Shown here piece by piece: positions 37,672 to 46,844 of a DNA stretch of 64,000 nucleotides. A program made the translations under genes and the position numbers. The notes beneath the pieces are model-generated. The model made no database searches, was not told the DNA's origin, and was given only the letters and a program-made list of their open reading frames with translations. Origin of the DNA: Candidatus Daviesbacteria bacterium (GTDB lineage Bacteria > Patescibacteriota > Microgenomatia > Daviesbacterales > UBA10151); assembly GCA_021731695.1 (NCBI GenBank), contig JAKFWZ010000078.1, forward strand, positions 25,073 through 89,072. The letters run 5' to 3'. Each line of letters opens with the position of its first letter. Position 1 is the first letter of the stretch.

Positions 37672-38603
37672 TTATAGTATTTAACATAATGCTATAAAAA
37701 AACGCGCGTGGCAGCGTAAATATCTAGTTGGTTAAAGTCCAACCTATACTTAATAGTAGTCAAAAAAATTTGGCAGATCCGATAGAGTAATTTATCGATT
37801 TGGAGGGCCTGAGACAAATAGCAGTCCTCAGATAAAAAAATCTTTTAATAAGTGATCTCAGCCGGGCGGTTTGAGAGAAATTTAACGATTAGGAAAAGAT
37901 TTTTGAGGAATGTTAGGAATAGATATTAACGTGACCCATGGAGATCCTACTGGGAAGAAGGTAATTGCCCAGAGGAAGTCAGCAGATTCATAGTAGGTAT
38001 TATTGACATTTGGGTTAGATTCGGGTTAATCTGAATTTATACCAAATAAATACTGAAGGGATCTACGAAATGTTAACACCAGACTATATTGTTGGTTTAA
38101 CCGATGGAGAAGGCTGTTTTCTGGTTCAGATAAGAACCGATTGTCGAATAGTCTTGAGATATTTTATTACACAACGTTTTGATAATGTCGAACTTTTAAA
38201 CAAAGTTTATGGCTTTTTCAAAATAGGCTATGTATATCGAAAATTTCAGGGAAATGACAAAAAGAAAATGACCTTTGTCTATGAGGTAACGAAACAAAAC
38301 GATATTCAAAATGTGATTATTCCTTTCTTTAGGAAATATCCATTAGAAGGTATCAAAAATGAGTCTTTTAGAAGGTTTGCCCGTATTGCTGAGATTGTAA
38401 AAAATCGACAGGATACACGTAAATTATCTGAAGATGAATTAAAAGAAGTCTGGCATTTGAAGCTCTCTATGAATTCTCTTCATAATGAGCCAAAGGATCG
38501 TCTGAGCGGAGCTCGTAATGATCCCAGAAACATTTCGGCTCGCTTAGTGCCGGAAATCGGCTCGCTAAGTGGGAACGGAAAACAACCTTAAGTTATTCCA
38601 ATC
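37672..38603 (+). mobile_element. Self-splicing intron (probably group I) in 16S near E. coli position 1400, carrying a homing-endonuclease ORF
   Basis: Insertion between ACACCGCC and CGTCA. Contains the LAGLIDADG ORF. Boundaries are good to about 2 nt. Confidence 0.65.
38070..38591 (+). CDS. LAGLIDADG homing endonuclease (intron-encoded)
   Basis: Motif YIVGLTDGEGCF. It lies inside the 16S insertion. Confidence 0.75.
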   Translation: MLTPDYIVGLTDGEGCFLVQIRTDCRIVLRYFITQRFDNVELLNKVYGFFKIGYVYRKFQGNDKKKMTFVYEVTKQNDIQNVIIPFFRKYPLEGIKNESFRRFARIAEIVKNRQDTRKLSEDELKEVWHLKLSMNSLHNEPKDRLSGARNDPRNISARLVPEIGSLSGNGKQP

Positions 38604-38785
38604 CGTCAAGGCAGCAAAGTTGGGGGCGCCCGAACTTCTTTTATTAGGAGGAAGGCGAAACCAGCGATGAAGCTTAAGTCGTAACAAGGTATCCCTAGCC
38701 GAAGCTGGGGATGGATCACCTCCTTTCTGGAGACGTTATGTGGCTGAGGATTCCTGTAAAATTTGTTGGTAGAAAGGTCGAAAGA

Positions 38786-38805
38786 CCTGCCTGCCGGCAG
38801 GCAGG
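38786..38805. repeat. Perfect 20-nt GC palindrome CCTGCCTGCCGGCAGGCAGG, copy 1 (58 nt after the 16S 3' end)
   Basis: An exact copy lies at 61412-61431. It is preceded by a ggtc-GAAA-gacc hairpin. Confidence 0.85.
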
Positions 38806-39080
38806 TAGCCTGGCGCACATACATAAACCTTTCACGCGCTTGGAGTTTAACCGCTTCAAGTTCAAGGTTGAGAAGTTCTAAAGTTCTTCTTTAAAAAAAC
38901 TTCCGGGTGAAACCGGAAAACATTCCCACCACTCTTTTGTAAAAAAGGTCAATAATGAAAAGGGTTAAGATCAGCTGTTGATAGTTCTGTTTCGCAGATA
39001 AGCAAACCTTGCGACTTTCAGTCTAAAGCAAACCTTAAAATAGTGCTTAACCCGTTTAAATGTCATTCAGACATTCAAAC

Positions 39081-39103
39081 TCCCCTTTAAAAGGGGATTT
39101 TTA
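39081..39103 (+). terminator. Rho-independent terminator downstream of 16S
   Basis: tcccctt-taaa-aagggga followed by TTTTT. A TATAAT box follows at 39098-39103, ahead of the next gene. Confidence 0.55.
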
Positions 39104-39116
39104 GTATAATCGCTAA

Positions 39117-39662
39117 ATGATGAAACCAAAATCAAAGCCAGTAGTCATCTTATATCCTGAAATTGCCGATAAAATATCACAGATGGTTAAAAGTGATCAG
39201 GAAATGAGAGTAAGAATGCAGGATGATCCAAAAGCTTACAAATCTGATATAGATACGAGGAATACAGATCAATTGAGAAAAATTGTTGAGGAAATTGGCT
39301 GGCCAATTTTTTCTAAAGTTGGTGAAGAAGCGTCAGGGAGTGCATGGCTTCTTATCCAGCATGCCGATCATGATGTTGTCTTTCAGGAAAAGTGTTTGAA
39401 GCTAATGAAAAAAGCTCCTAAAAAACAAATACAAATCCAAAATATTGCGTATCTTGAAGATAGAGTGAGGATTAATCAGGAAAAACCTCAAATTTACGGA
39501 ACACAATTTGAATTAGTCGGGGAGAACGACTGCAAGCCAAAAAACCTTGAGGATCCAAAAAACGTTGACAAAAGAAGGAAATCTATGGGGTTGAATACGA
39601 TTGAGGAATATAAAAAAGAATTTATGGAGTTTTATCAGCTAAAAGCAAAACACCACGGATGA
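39117..39662 (+). CDS. Hypothetical protein
   Basis: 181-aa ORF with a -10 box upstream. Confidence 0.4.
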   Translation: MMKPKSKPVVILYPEIADKISQMVKSDQEMRVRMQDDPKAYKSDIDTRNTDQLRKIVEEIGWPIFSKVGEEASGSAWLLIQHADHDVVFQEKCLKLMKKAPKKQIQIQNIAYLEDRVRINQEKPQIYGTQFELVGENDCKPKNLEDPKNVDKRRKSMGLNTIEEYKKEFMEFYQLKAKHHG

Positions 39663-39795
39663 ATCCGTGGGTGAAAGCTTTACCGCGGAGCGGTCAGCGA
39701 ACAGCTTTTAGCTGTGAAGCTGTATTGAGAAGCTCGCTGCTTTAGCAGTGCAGCTTCATAGAGTCGGCAAGTAAGGCTTTTGATATACTTAAGTT

Positions 39796-40626
39796 ATGGT
39801 TTTGTGGCTAATTAATATTCTTCTCTGGGTTTCAGCAATCCTTGTCTATAAAAAAAGATTTACGTCTCAAGGCAGGATAAGCGGGATGTATTTTGTTCAG
39901 CTCTATTATTTTATTTTGGCAATTGCTGATTCTTTACTGATGATTATGATTGCTCTGAATATTTTTCAAAGGCCAGAACTTCATAACCTGCAGATCTCCT
40001 CATCTTTTGTCTTTGGACTATTTTCAGCGTCTGTGATTACTGCGGCTATTGGCGTTGGAATTCATTCAACTGCGACTTCGGTTTATCAGGCTCTGATAAA
40101 AGAAAAACAAACTGAACTTAAAAGTTTTCGTATCAATGAAATTTTTCATCTTAATTTAAGTCACAATTTAATCTTTATTAGCGTGATTTTAGCTTCTTTT
40201 TTTCTTGCAGTTTTAGAGATAAATCATCCGTCAACGCGTGATTCAATGTTTTTAAACGCAGGCTCAACAATTACGCTAGGTGTAATGATTGGGTTAATTG
40301 AAACAATCGCAATTTTAAGAAGTTCCGGAACAACATTTTCTTCGCATTTGAATTACTGTATTTTAGGGACGTTTTTGGGAAGTGTAGCGATATTTATTTT
40401 TTGCCGGCCTTTTATGACGAGCGTTGATGCGTATCCTGTGGCTTATATTATGTTTGCTTCATTAGTGACCGTATTTTTGTCTTTGATAATTACAACTGCA
40501 ATTTTTATGACATCACATACTTTGAGTTCAAAGATTGTTAAAAGAACTTTTCCCGAAGGTCATCCCTTTAGGGAAGTGTTAAAGCTAAAGGTTTTTTTGA
40601 TAAAAATTGAGAGAGAATGGCTCTAA
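39796..40626 (+). CDS. Polytopic membrane protein
   Basis: Seven or more hydrophobic segments. Confidence 0.4.
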   Translation: MVLWLINILLWVSAILVYKKRFTSQGRISGMYFVQLYYFILAIADSLLMIMIALNIFQRPELHNLQISSSFVFGLFSASVITAAIGVGIHSTATSVYQALIKEKQTELKSFRINEIFHLNLSHNLIFISVILASFFLAVLEINHPSTRDSMFLNAGSTITLGVMIGLIETIAILRSSGTTFSSHLNYCILGTFLGSVAIFIFCRPFMTSVDAYPVAYIMFASLVTVFLSLIITTAIFMTSHTLSSKIVKRTFPEGHPFREVLKLKVFLIKIEREWL

Positions 40627-40630
40627 GGCT

Positions 40631-41866
40631 TTAGCTGTTCGATTGGCATTCTACCTTCAGGTTTTCCGGAAGTCTTGAGCAATAATTTTTGTATTCTTCT
40701 GATCCCTTATTAAAAACTTTGTTAGGATAGTTAATAAGAAATTCATCACATTTTTTGCCGTTTTCTGGTGAAGTTTTAGCTGCTTCCCGGCACATAAAAA
40801 TAGCCTTATCCGTTAGATTAATACTTGTTTGAAGAATTCTACTGGTAGTTTGTAAAAAACATAGCGACTGAAAATTTGTAGGAAGTTTAGTGCAGAAATC
40901 AGCAAGAAAAGGCAAATTATTTTTTTTAAAAGCAAAATGATTTGCAACAGCATTCATAAGAGTTTTGTAGCATTTGGTTTGTTGAGGAAAATCAGACGTG
41001 TATGAACAAAAGTTAGTCAGCCCTTCGGGAGTGCTGATGTCATTCCAAAAATATGGCCAGGATTCTCTATGACATACATAATAGGGTATACCTGTAAAGC
41101 TATCGCAAAACTTATCGATACTTTGTTTGTTCTTCTGAGGAGCAATATTTTCTATAAGTGTAAAATCGTCAGGCTCTAGAGGTTGGAAGAGTTGCATAAA
41201 AACCCCGGAGATACAATTTTCTATATATTCGCGACCTTCAGTTTCCTTACCTATATCTTCGCAAATCTCAACCGATTTTGAGATATTTGCATTTGTTAGA
41301 AACATACTTAAATGACCAAGTCCATGATTGCAGTTATAGACATCAACTTCTTTAGGGTGCCAATCTTCTCTAGGTTCACATATAGTTGCCAGTTCTGATT
41401 TTAAAGAATCTGCTTGACCTTCAGCTATAGTTTCGGTTTTAAATTTCTCGATAAAAGCTCCATGAGAACAGCCGCCGCTACAAAGATTCGAAGGGCATCT
41501 GGCTGCGACATCTTTCCAATTGGCAGGATTCTTTGTGACTTCCGCTGAACCCAAATCGTGAGCTAGAGTATGACAATAGGCAAAAGTGGGATCTTTCTCC
41601 CGGACATTTTCAAGAATTTGGAAGGCCTCTTCCATAGTTAAATTCACTGGATCTTTAGTAAGTTTAAAAATCTTATCACTATAACATTTATCCTTACCTT
41701 TAAATTCCTTACAAGTTTCAAAGATTTTTTCTGCATACTGAGTGAGGGTTGGGGCTGGTGGACTAAGTTTTCTCGAAAGAAATATTGAGAGCATGTAAAT
41801 TAAACCAATAAATATAAAGCAAATTACGAGCTTAAGTAATTGGTTTTTCTTAATGGTTTTTCTCAT
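40631..41866 (-). CDS. Anchored Cys/His-rich protein with repeated C-x-H-x-x-x-H motifs
   Basis: Recurrent motifs YCHTLAHDLG, GCSHGAF and NCNHGLGHL, plus about 20 Cys. Confidence 0.4.
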   Translation of the reverse strand: MRKTIKKNQLLKLVICFIFIGLIYMLSIFLSRKLSPPAPTLTQYAEKIFETCKEFKGKDKCYSDKIFKLTKDPVNLTMEEAFQILENVREKDPTFAYCHTLAHDLGSAEVTKNPANWKDVAARCPSNLCSGGCSHGAFIEKFKTETIAEGQADSLKSELATICEPREDWHPKEVDVYNCNHGLGHLSMFLTNANISKSVEICEDIGKETEGREYIENCISGVFMQLFQPLEPDDFTLIENIAPQKNKQSIDKFCDSFTGIPYYVCHRESWPYFWNDISTPEGLTNFCSYTSDFPQQTKCYKTLMNAVANHFAFKKNNLPFLADFCTKLPTNFQSLCFLQTTSRILQTSINLTDKAIFMCREAAKTSPENGKKCDEFLINYPNKVFNKGSEEYKNYCSRLPENLKVECQSNS

Positions 41867-41966
41867 ACTGAATTGTAGATTTAATATATAGCGGAATTTA
41901 TAACAGAATAATAGTTAACAAAACTTGAGGAGTGGGAAGATCTCAATTTCTTTCAGAAATTATCTC

Positions 41967-42180
41967 ACCAAATCGAAGATTTGTTGATTCCTAATCTCGT
42001 CTAATTTTTCAAATCAAACCACAGGGGTTTGCTTCAAAAAATGAGGCACGAAGGGGATAGCACACCCTCCGCCAAGGCGGAGCCGAACCAAATCAGAGAT
42101 TTGTTTTGATTCCCAATCTCGCTTTAATTTTTAAGCCCAATCTTTGAGATTGGCCCTAAAAATCTGAGGCACGAAGGGGA
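41967..42180. repeat. Tandem duplication (two units of about 92 nt) of the tRNA-Cys 3' end plus its downstream flank
   Basis: accaaatc[ga]agatttgtt..gattcc.aatctcg...taatttttaa....aaaaatgaggcacgaagggga occurs at 41967-42057 and 42087-42180. Confidence 0.7.
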
Positions 42181-42238
42181 ATCGAACCCCTGCATCGAGG
42201 TTTTGCAGACCCCAGCGTTTCCACTTCGCCATCGTGCC
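42167..42238 (-). tRNA. tRNA-Cys (GCA)
   Basis: Cloverleaf with acceptor ggcacga/tcgtgcc, anticodon loop cTGCAaa and T-arm ggttcgattcc. No encoded CCA. Confidence 0.8.
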
Positions 42239-42292
42239 GGTTACATGAGCGAGCAAGTGAATTTTAGCACAAAAGAGTCTTAAAAAATGAAT

Positions 42293-43327
42293 CTAAGCCG
42301 CTTTTTCATATAACTTGGCGACATTTCTAGCTTCATCTATTGTTACAAACGATAAGGCATTCAATGCCGGGAACACTGAGTCACGGCCAATTCGATCTCT
42401 CTCAAACGCGCCTATCTTTACCAAATTTCTGAGAGACCTTATAGGGTTTTCCAGGAGAGTTTGTGCGGGCATCTCAAAATTGGTACTGACATAAAAGACA
42501 TCTTGTCTTGTGCCCTCAGGATCTATCTTATACTCTTCTTCCAAAAGCCTTCTAAAAACTCCGTGGTGGTAATTTTCATCCCGTCCTATTAAGTCAAAAA
42601 TAGCAGCTACTGTAAGTGCACCTTCTCTTAAAGCAGCCTCTTTAATCCTTTCATAATTATTAGCTGTCACTTTTTCTTGAATATTCGCATAAGCTGCAAT
42701 TTGCCGTCTCGTTTTAAAAGGAGGAACCCATGTGTGAGCTAAATTTTTATAATACTCTGCTTCAATTTGCTCGAGAGTCTTAAAAGAATTTTTATCGGGA
42801 GCTTGCTCTTGAGAGTCTGCGTTTACTCCTAGGGGTCTTTTAACACTTGTTAGAATTAAGCCGAATGCATTACCATGTTGATTTTCTTCTGTATCCCACA
42901 TGCCATATACATCGTTATATCCCCAAACTGTTTGAGAAAATTCTTTAGCCCATCTCATGTAAAAGGGTAGCTTATCTTCAACCATTTTTACATCTACAAT
43001 AACTCCCGCGAGAGGTTCAGAAATAGTTTCGTTTGCTAGATTGTCTGTAATTATGATTCTTGACCGAAGATCAGCTTTTCCTTTTTCACCGGGGATACGT
43101 TCTACTTCTCCATCCTTAAGTGGTCTATCTATAGTAATTACTCCATTGCGATAAACCCAAGGCAGGGGTCGTTTTAGTTTGGTGTTAAAAAGTCTATGTG
43201 TTTCAATACCCAGTGCTCGTTCTTGGTGGGTTATAACTAAAGTTTCAGAAGTGTGATCATATCCAGGTCCCAATTCTTTATATTTAAGCATTGGGTTATC
43301 TGCGTGTCTTTCCAGTTGAGTCATAGT
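42293..43327 (-). CDS. Acyl-ACP desaturase-like di-iron protein
   Basis: Motifs EENQHGNAFG and GRDENYHHGVF. The start was trimmed to Met58 so the gene does not run through tRNA-Ile. Confidence 0.65.
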   Translation of the reverse strand, partial: TMTQLERHADNPMLKYKELGPGYDHTSETLVITHQERALGIETHRLFNTKLKRPLPWVYRNGVITIDRPLKDGEVERIPGEKGKADLRSRIIITDNLANETISEPLAGVIVDVKMVEDKLPFYMRWAKEFSQTVWGYNDVYGMWDTEENQHGNAFGLILTSVKRPLGVNADSQEQAPDKNSFKTLEQIEAEYYKNLAHTWVPPFKTRRQIAAYANIQEKVTANNYERIKEAALREGALTVAAIFDLIGRDENYHHGVFRRLLEEEYKIDPEGTRQDVFYVSTNFEMPAQTLLENPIRSLRNLVKIGAFERDRIGRDSVFPALNALSFVTIDEARNVAKLYEKAA

Positions 43328-43435
43328 TAAGGGTATTACTAAAGTAGCCTGGCGTTGTAAACATTTAGTAAACCTAAAGTAGAATCCTAGCTTCGGGCAT
43401 GTTAAAATACCTAGGTTTGGAATGAAAATTTTTTT

Positions 43436-43507
43436 GGGCGCGTAGCTCAGCGGTAGAGCGCGTCTCTGATAAAGACGAGGCCCTTGGTTCGACACCAAGC
43501 GCGCCCA
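43436..43507 (+). tRNA. tRNA-Ile (GAU)
   Basis: GGGCGCGTAGCTCAGCGGTAGAGCG, anticodon loop cTGATAa and T-arm GGTTCGA. Confidence 0.85.
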
Positions 43508-43627
43508 CCCCTAAAATTAATTCCTTGCAATTTCAACCGAAATTGTAAAAACGCAACGCTAGGGGTTCGACACAATCACCGCCCACATTGATACTTTTTG
43601 GTTTCTTCTGTTTAAATTTTCCAAAAA

Positions 43628-44071
43628 TTATGGGCTAGAGGAGGGCGCTGCTGATGCTTCTGGACTTGAAGATGCAGTGGGCGATTCAGCAGGGGATGAG
43701 CTTGGTGAGGATGTTGCAGATGCAGAGGGACTTGGGGTAGGCGTAGGAGTTGAGATTGTTGATGCAGATGGGGAAGGTAAAGCACTTGCCGAAGGAGAAG
43801 GGGTTGCGCTTGGTTTTACAGAAGGCTTTGGTGTGGCTTTAACTGCTGGTTTTATTGAAGCTTTAGCTGAAGCGGACGGACTTGGTGAGGGTTCTGGAGT
43901 GGGTGTAGCGGTCGCAGAAGGTGATGGACTGGATGTTTCCCCTAATACTTCAGGCGAAGGGAAAAAGGTATTTTTAACGAATATTCCACCACCTACGAGC
44001 ATTAGTACTAAAAAAGAAGCTAGCCCTACTGTAAGTTTTGAGGGCTTATTCGCAAAGAGTCTTTGGAACAT
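43628..44071 (-). CDS. Anchored Ser/Pro/Thr/Ala-rich low-complexity protein
   Basis: TM helix followed by (SPSPSASA)-type repeats. Confidence 0.4.
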   Translation of the reverse strand: MFQRLFANKPSKLTVGLASFLVLMLVGGGIFVKNTFFPSPEVLGETSSPSPSATATPTPEPSPSPSASAKASIKPAVKATPKPSVKPSATPSPSASALPSPSASTISTPTPTPSPSASATSSPSSSPAESPTASSSPEASAAPSSSP

Positions 44072-44552
44072 GTAAACATTATATACATAAATTAAATATT
44101 TGCGCTTTCAGGCTCAGAGCAAACAGTTTTTACATAATTCTTTCTCTATTTATATTTGAACTTTCACACTACTTTCGTAAATTACGTGTTATGGATGATG
44201 AAGTTATTGCTGGTCACCAGGCAGATATAGAGGATGCTCAGAATCAGATTCAGGAACAGCAAACCCGGGTTGAAACTGCTCAGGCTGCGATTGACCAGAG
44301 AATGAGTGATTTGCAAAGTCAAGCTGATCAGGCTCAGTCACAGGCTGCTCAAACTCCTTAGGTAGTGTAAAACCTCTTTGTGCGGGTCTTTACGCTTCTT
44401 CAGACAGACTATTAAATTAAGCAGAAAAAGTCCGGATCCGCTAGGATCAAGAATTTTTTAATGACTAAAATCCCTAATTTGGGAAAAATTATAGCAAAAA
44501 AGCAAAAAAAGTTGACTAATTTAGGCCTGGTGAGTTAAACTACTTTTTTGAA

Positions 44553-45488
44553 TTGGCTTCTAAGTTAAAACACATCCTAAAGTCTCAACAATTCAGCCGG
44601 GAATGGCTGGAGAATGAATTTTTCCCTTTATCTTCGGAAATGAAACAATCAGTTTTGAATGGAGAAAGACGCCATGATCTGGACGGAAAAATTGTTTCCC
44701 TTTTATTTTATGAGCCCTCAACCAGAACCAGAACTTCATTTCAACAGGCTGCTTTAAAACTCGGCGCGCTAACTGTTGCCACAGAAAACGCCAAAGAATT
44801 CTCTTCGGCTGTAAAAGGCGAGACTATGAAAGATACAACGCGGATTATGAATGCATATCACTTTGACGCGGTCGTGATCCGCGCAGATTACGAGGGAGCC
44901 GCGGAAGAAGCAGCTTCTGTTTCGGATTCTCCGATTATTAATGCCGGAGACGGTGCAGGGCAGCATCCAACTCAATCTCTTCTCGATATATTCACAATTT
45001 ATGAAAAGTTCGGAAAAATCGATGGGCTTAAAGTTGCCTTTGTCGGAGATCTGAAGTATGGAAGAACTGTGCGGTCTTTATGTTATTTGCTGGGAAAATT
45101 TAAGGATGTTGAGGTTCATTTTGTCGCACCGGATTCGCTTCAGATGAGAGAGGATATTTTGGAATATCTAAAAGAAAGCGGAATTAAATACGAGTTGCAT
45201 TCTGATATCAATGAAGTTGCAGAGATTGCAGATGTTTTTTATATGACCAGAGCTCAAAAAGAGAGGATGAAAGAAGGAGAGGAATTTTCGCCTGACGGTT
45301 ATAGAATTACGGAAGCTTTGCTGAAAAAAATCAGAAAAGAAGCGATTATCTTGCATCCTTTGCCTCGTTCAAATGACTTTAATGAAATTCCGGAGGAGTT
45401 AACCGATGATCCGAGAATTTTAATTTTCAGACAGGCAGAAAACGGATTATTCACCCGCATGGCGCTTTTGAAAATGGTTATTGAGTAG
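44553..45488 (+). CDS. pyrB: Aspartate carbamoyltransferase catalytic subunit
   Basis: Motifs STRTRTSF, HPTQSLLD and HPLPR. Confidence 0.85.
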   Translation: MASKLKHILKSQQFSREWLENEFFPLSSEMKQSVLNGERRHDLDGKIVSLLFYEPSTRTRTSFQQAALKLGALTVATENAKEFSSAVKGETMKDTTRIMNAYHFDAVVIRADYEGAAEEAASVSDSPIINAGDGAGQHPTQSLLDIFTIYEKFGKIDGLKVAFVGDLKYGRTVRSLCYLLGKFKDVEVHFVAPDSLQMREDILEYLKESGIKYELHSDINEVAEIADVFYMTRAQKERMKEGEEFSPDGYRITEALLKKIRKEAIILHPLPRSNDFNEIPEELTDDPRILIFRQAENGLFTRMALLKMVIE

Positions 45489-45786
45489 TTTTTTCTTCTA
45501 CCACTGAATCGCAAATTTTCTCTTTGCAACTTTGGCAGCAAAGTTGCGCAAACTGGGCTCGCTGGAAAGTCGACCTAATTTTACTCAGTCGCTGATCGGG
45601 GAGGCTGCCCCTTCGGCTTTTTTGCTAATCGCAAAAAACCGAAATCCCCTGATAGCTCCTTCATAAAATCTAATACACCCTTTGCTTCGCAAAGCAACGG
45701 TCTTTGTTTCTAAGCTCGCTCTCTAAAAAGCAGCTGCGTTCATGCTCGCAAATAAGACGATTGCTTTATGTGTTAGAATTTAATTC

Positions 45787-46782
45787 ATGCAGGTTGTTGC
45801 CCCGGAATTAATCCAAAACAAGCGCGTACTTCTTCGTTTAGATCTTGATGTTCCTTTAAAAGAAGTTAATGGTGTTATGACTATCGAAGATGATACCCGG
45901 CTGATGGCTGGTATGGAAACTCTCGGTCTTTGTTTAGAATTTGCTTCATCTGTAACTATCTGTGGCCATCTAGGACGGCCTAATCCGCCGGCTGGCGGAG
46001 AAGATCCAAAATTATCAGTTAAACCAATCGTCGATTGGCTTGAGGAAGGATACGGTCATATTCAGCTTCCTGTCGGAAAATTACATATATTGGAGAATTT
46101 AAGATTTGAACCGGGCGAAGATTCCTCGGATCCTGAATTTGCAAAAGAGTTAGCTTCGCATGGTGACTTTTATATATATGAAGCTTTTGCAACTCATCGG
46201 CCTTCAGCTTCCACGACAGTAGTCCCAACACTTTTACCTCATGCAGCAGGTTTGCGGTTTACCAGGGAGGTGGACGAACTGAAACAGGTTAGAGAAAATC
46301 CAATCAGACCTCAAGTTGTAATTTTGGGAGGAGCGAAAGTTGAGGATAAAATGCCGGTTATAAAAGCCATGGCTTCTAAAGCAGATGTGGTTTTAGTCGG
46401 CGGAAAATTAGCCAAAGAAATTAAAGAGCAGGGAATTGAAAACCTTGGAGCAAATGTGATGGTAGGGAAGCTAACTGAGGATGGGTTTGATATTTCGGAC
46501 GAAACAGCAAGTGCATGGGCAAATCTTTTAAAAACAGCAAAAGAAGTCGTCTGGAATGGACCTTTAGGAAAATTTGAAGATGATAAATATTCCAACACTA
46601 AAAAAGTTGCTCAAGCGATTATTGATTCCGGAGCGAAAAGTATAATCGGCGGAGGAGATACTATTTCTGCTGTTACAAAATATGGAATGATTGAAAAATT
46701 TACATTTGTCTCAACCGGTGGCGGGGCAATGCTTAACTTTTTAGCTGATGGTACACTTCCGACTATCGAAGCGCTAAAATAG
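45787..46782 (+). CDS. pgk: Phosphoglycerate kinase (short form)
   Basis: Motifs RVLLRLDLDVPL, LENLRFEPGE and GGGAMLNFL. Confidence 0.8.
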   Translation: MQVVAPELIQNKRVLLRLDLDVPLKEVNGVMTIEDDTRLMAGMETLGLCLEFASSVTICGHLGRPNPPAGGEDPKLSVKPIVDWLEEGYGHIQLPVGKLHILENLRFEPGEDSSDPEFAKELASHGDFYIYEAFATHRPSASTTVVPTLLPHAAGLRFTREVDELKQVRENPIRPQVVILGGAKVEDKMPVIKAMASKADVVLVGGKLAKEIKEQGIENLGANVMVGKLTEDGFDISDETASAWANLLKTAKEVVWNGPLGKFEDDKYSNTKKVAQAIIDSGAKSIIGGGDTISAVTKYGMIEKFTFVSTGGGAMLNFLADGTLPTIEALK

Positions 46783-46844
46783 CCCTCTTTCGAGTAACTT
46801 CACTCAATTGACAATAACCTCGGGGTGAAATACGCTAGAAATCT

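Noticed and set aside
43328-43498. Upstream extension of the desaturase ORF
   Set aside because: It would run antisense through tRNA-Ile (43436-43507). An internal Met start gives a clean boundary.
44191-44361. 57-aa coiled-coil ORF (MDDEVIAGHQ...)
   Set aside because: It is possibly real (Gln/Ala-rich helix), but it has no RBS or promoter evidence and lies antisense-adjacent to a low-complexity gene, so it is left uncalled.
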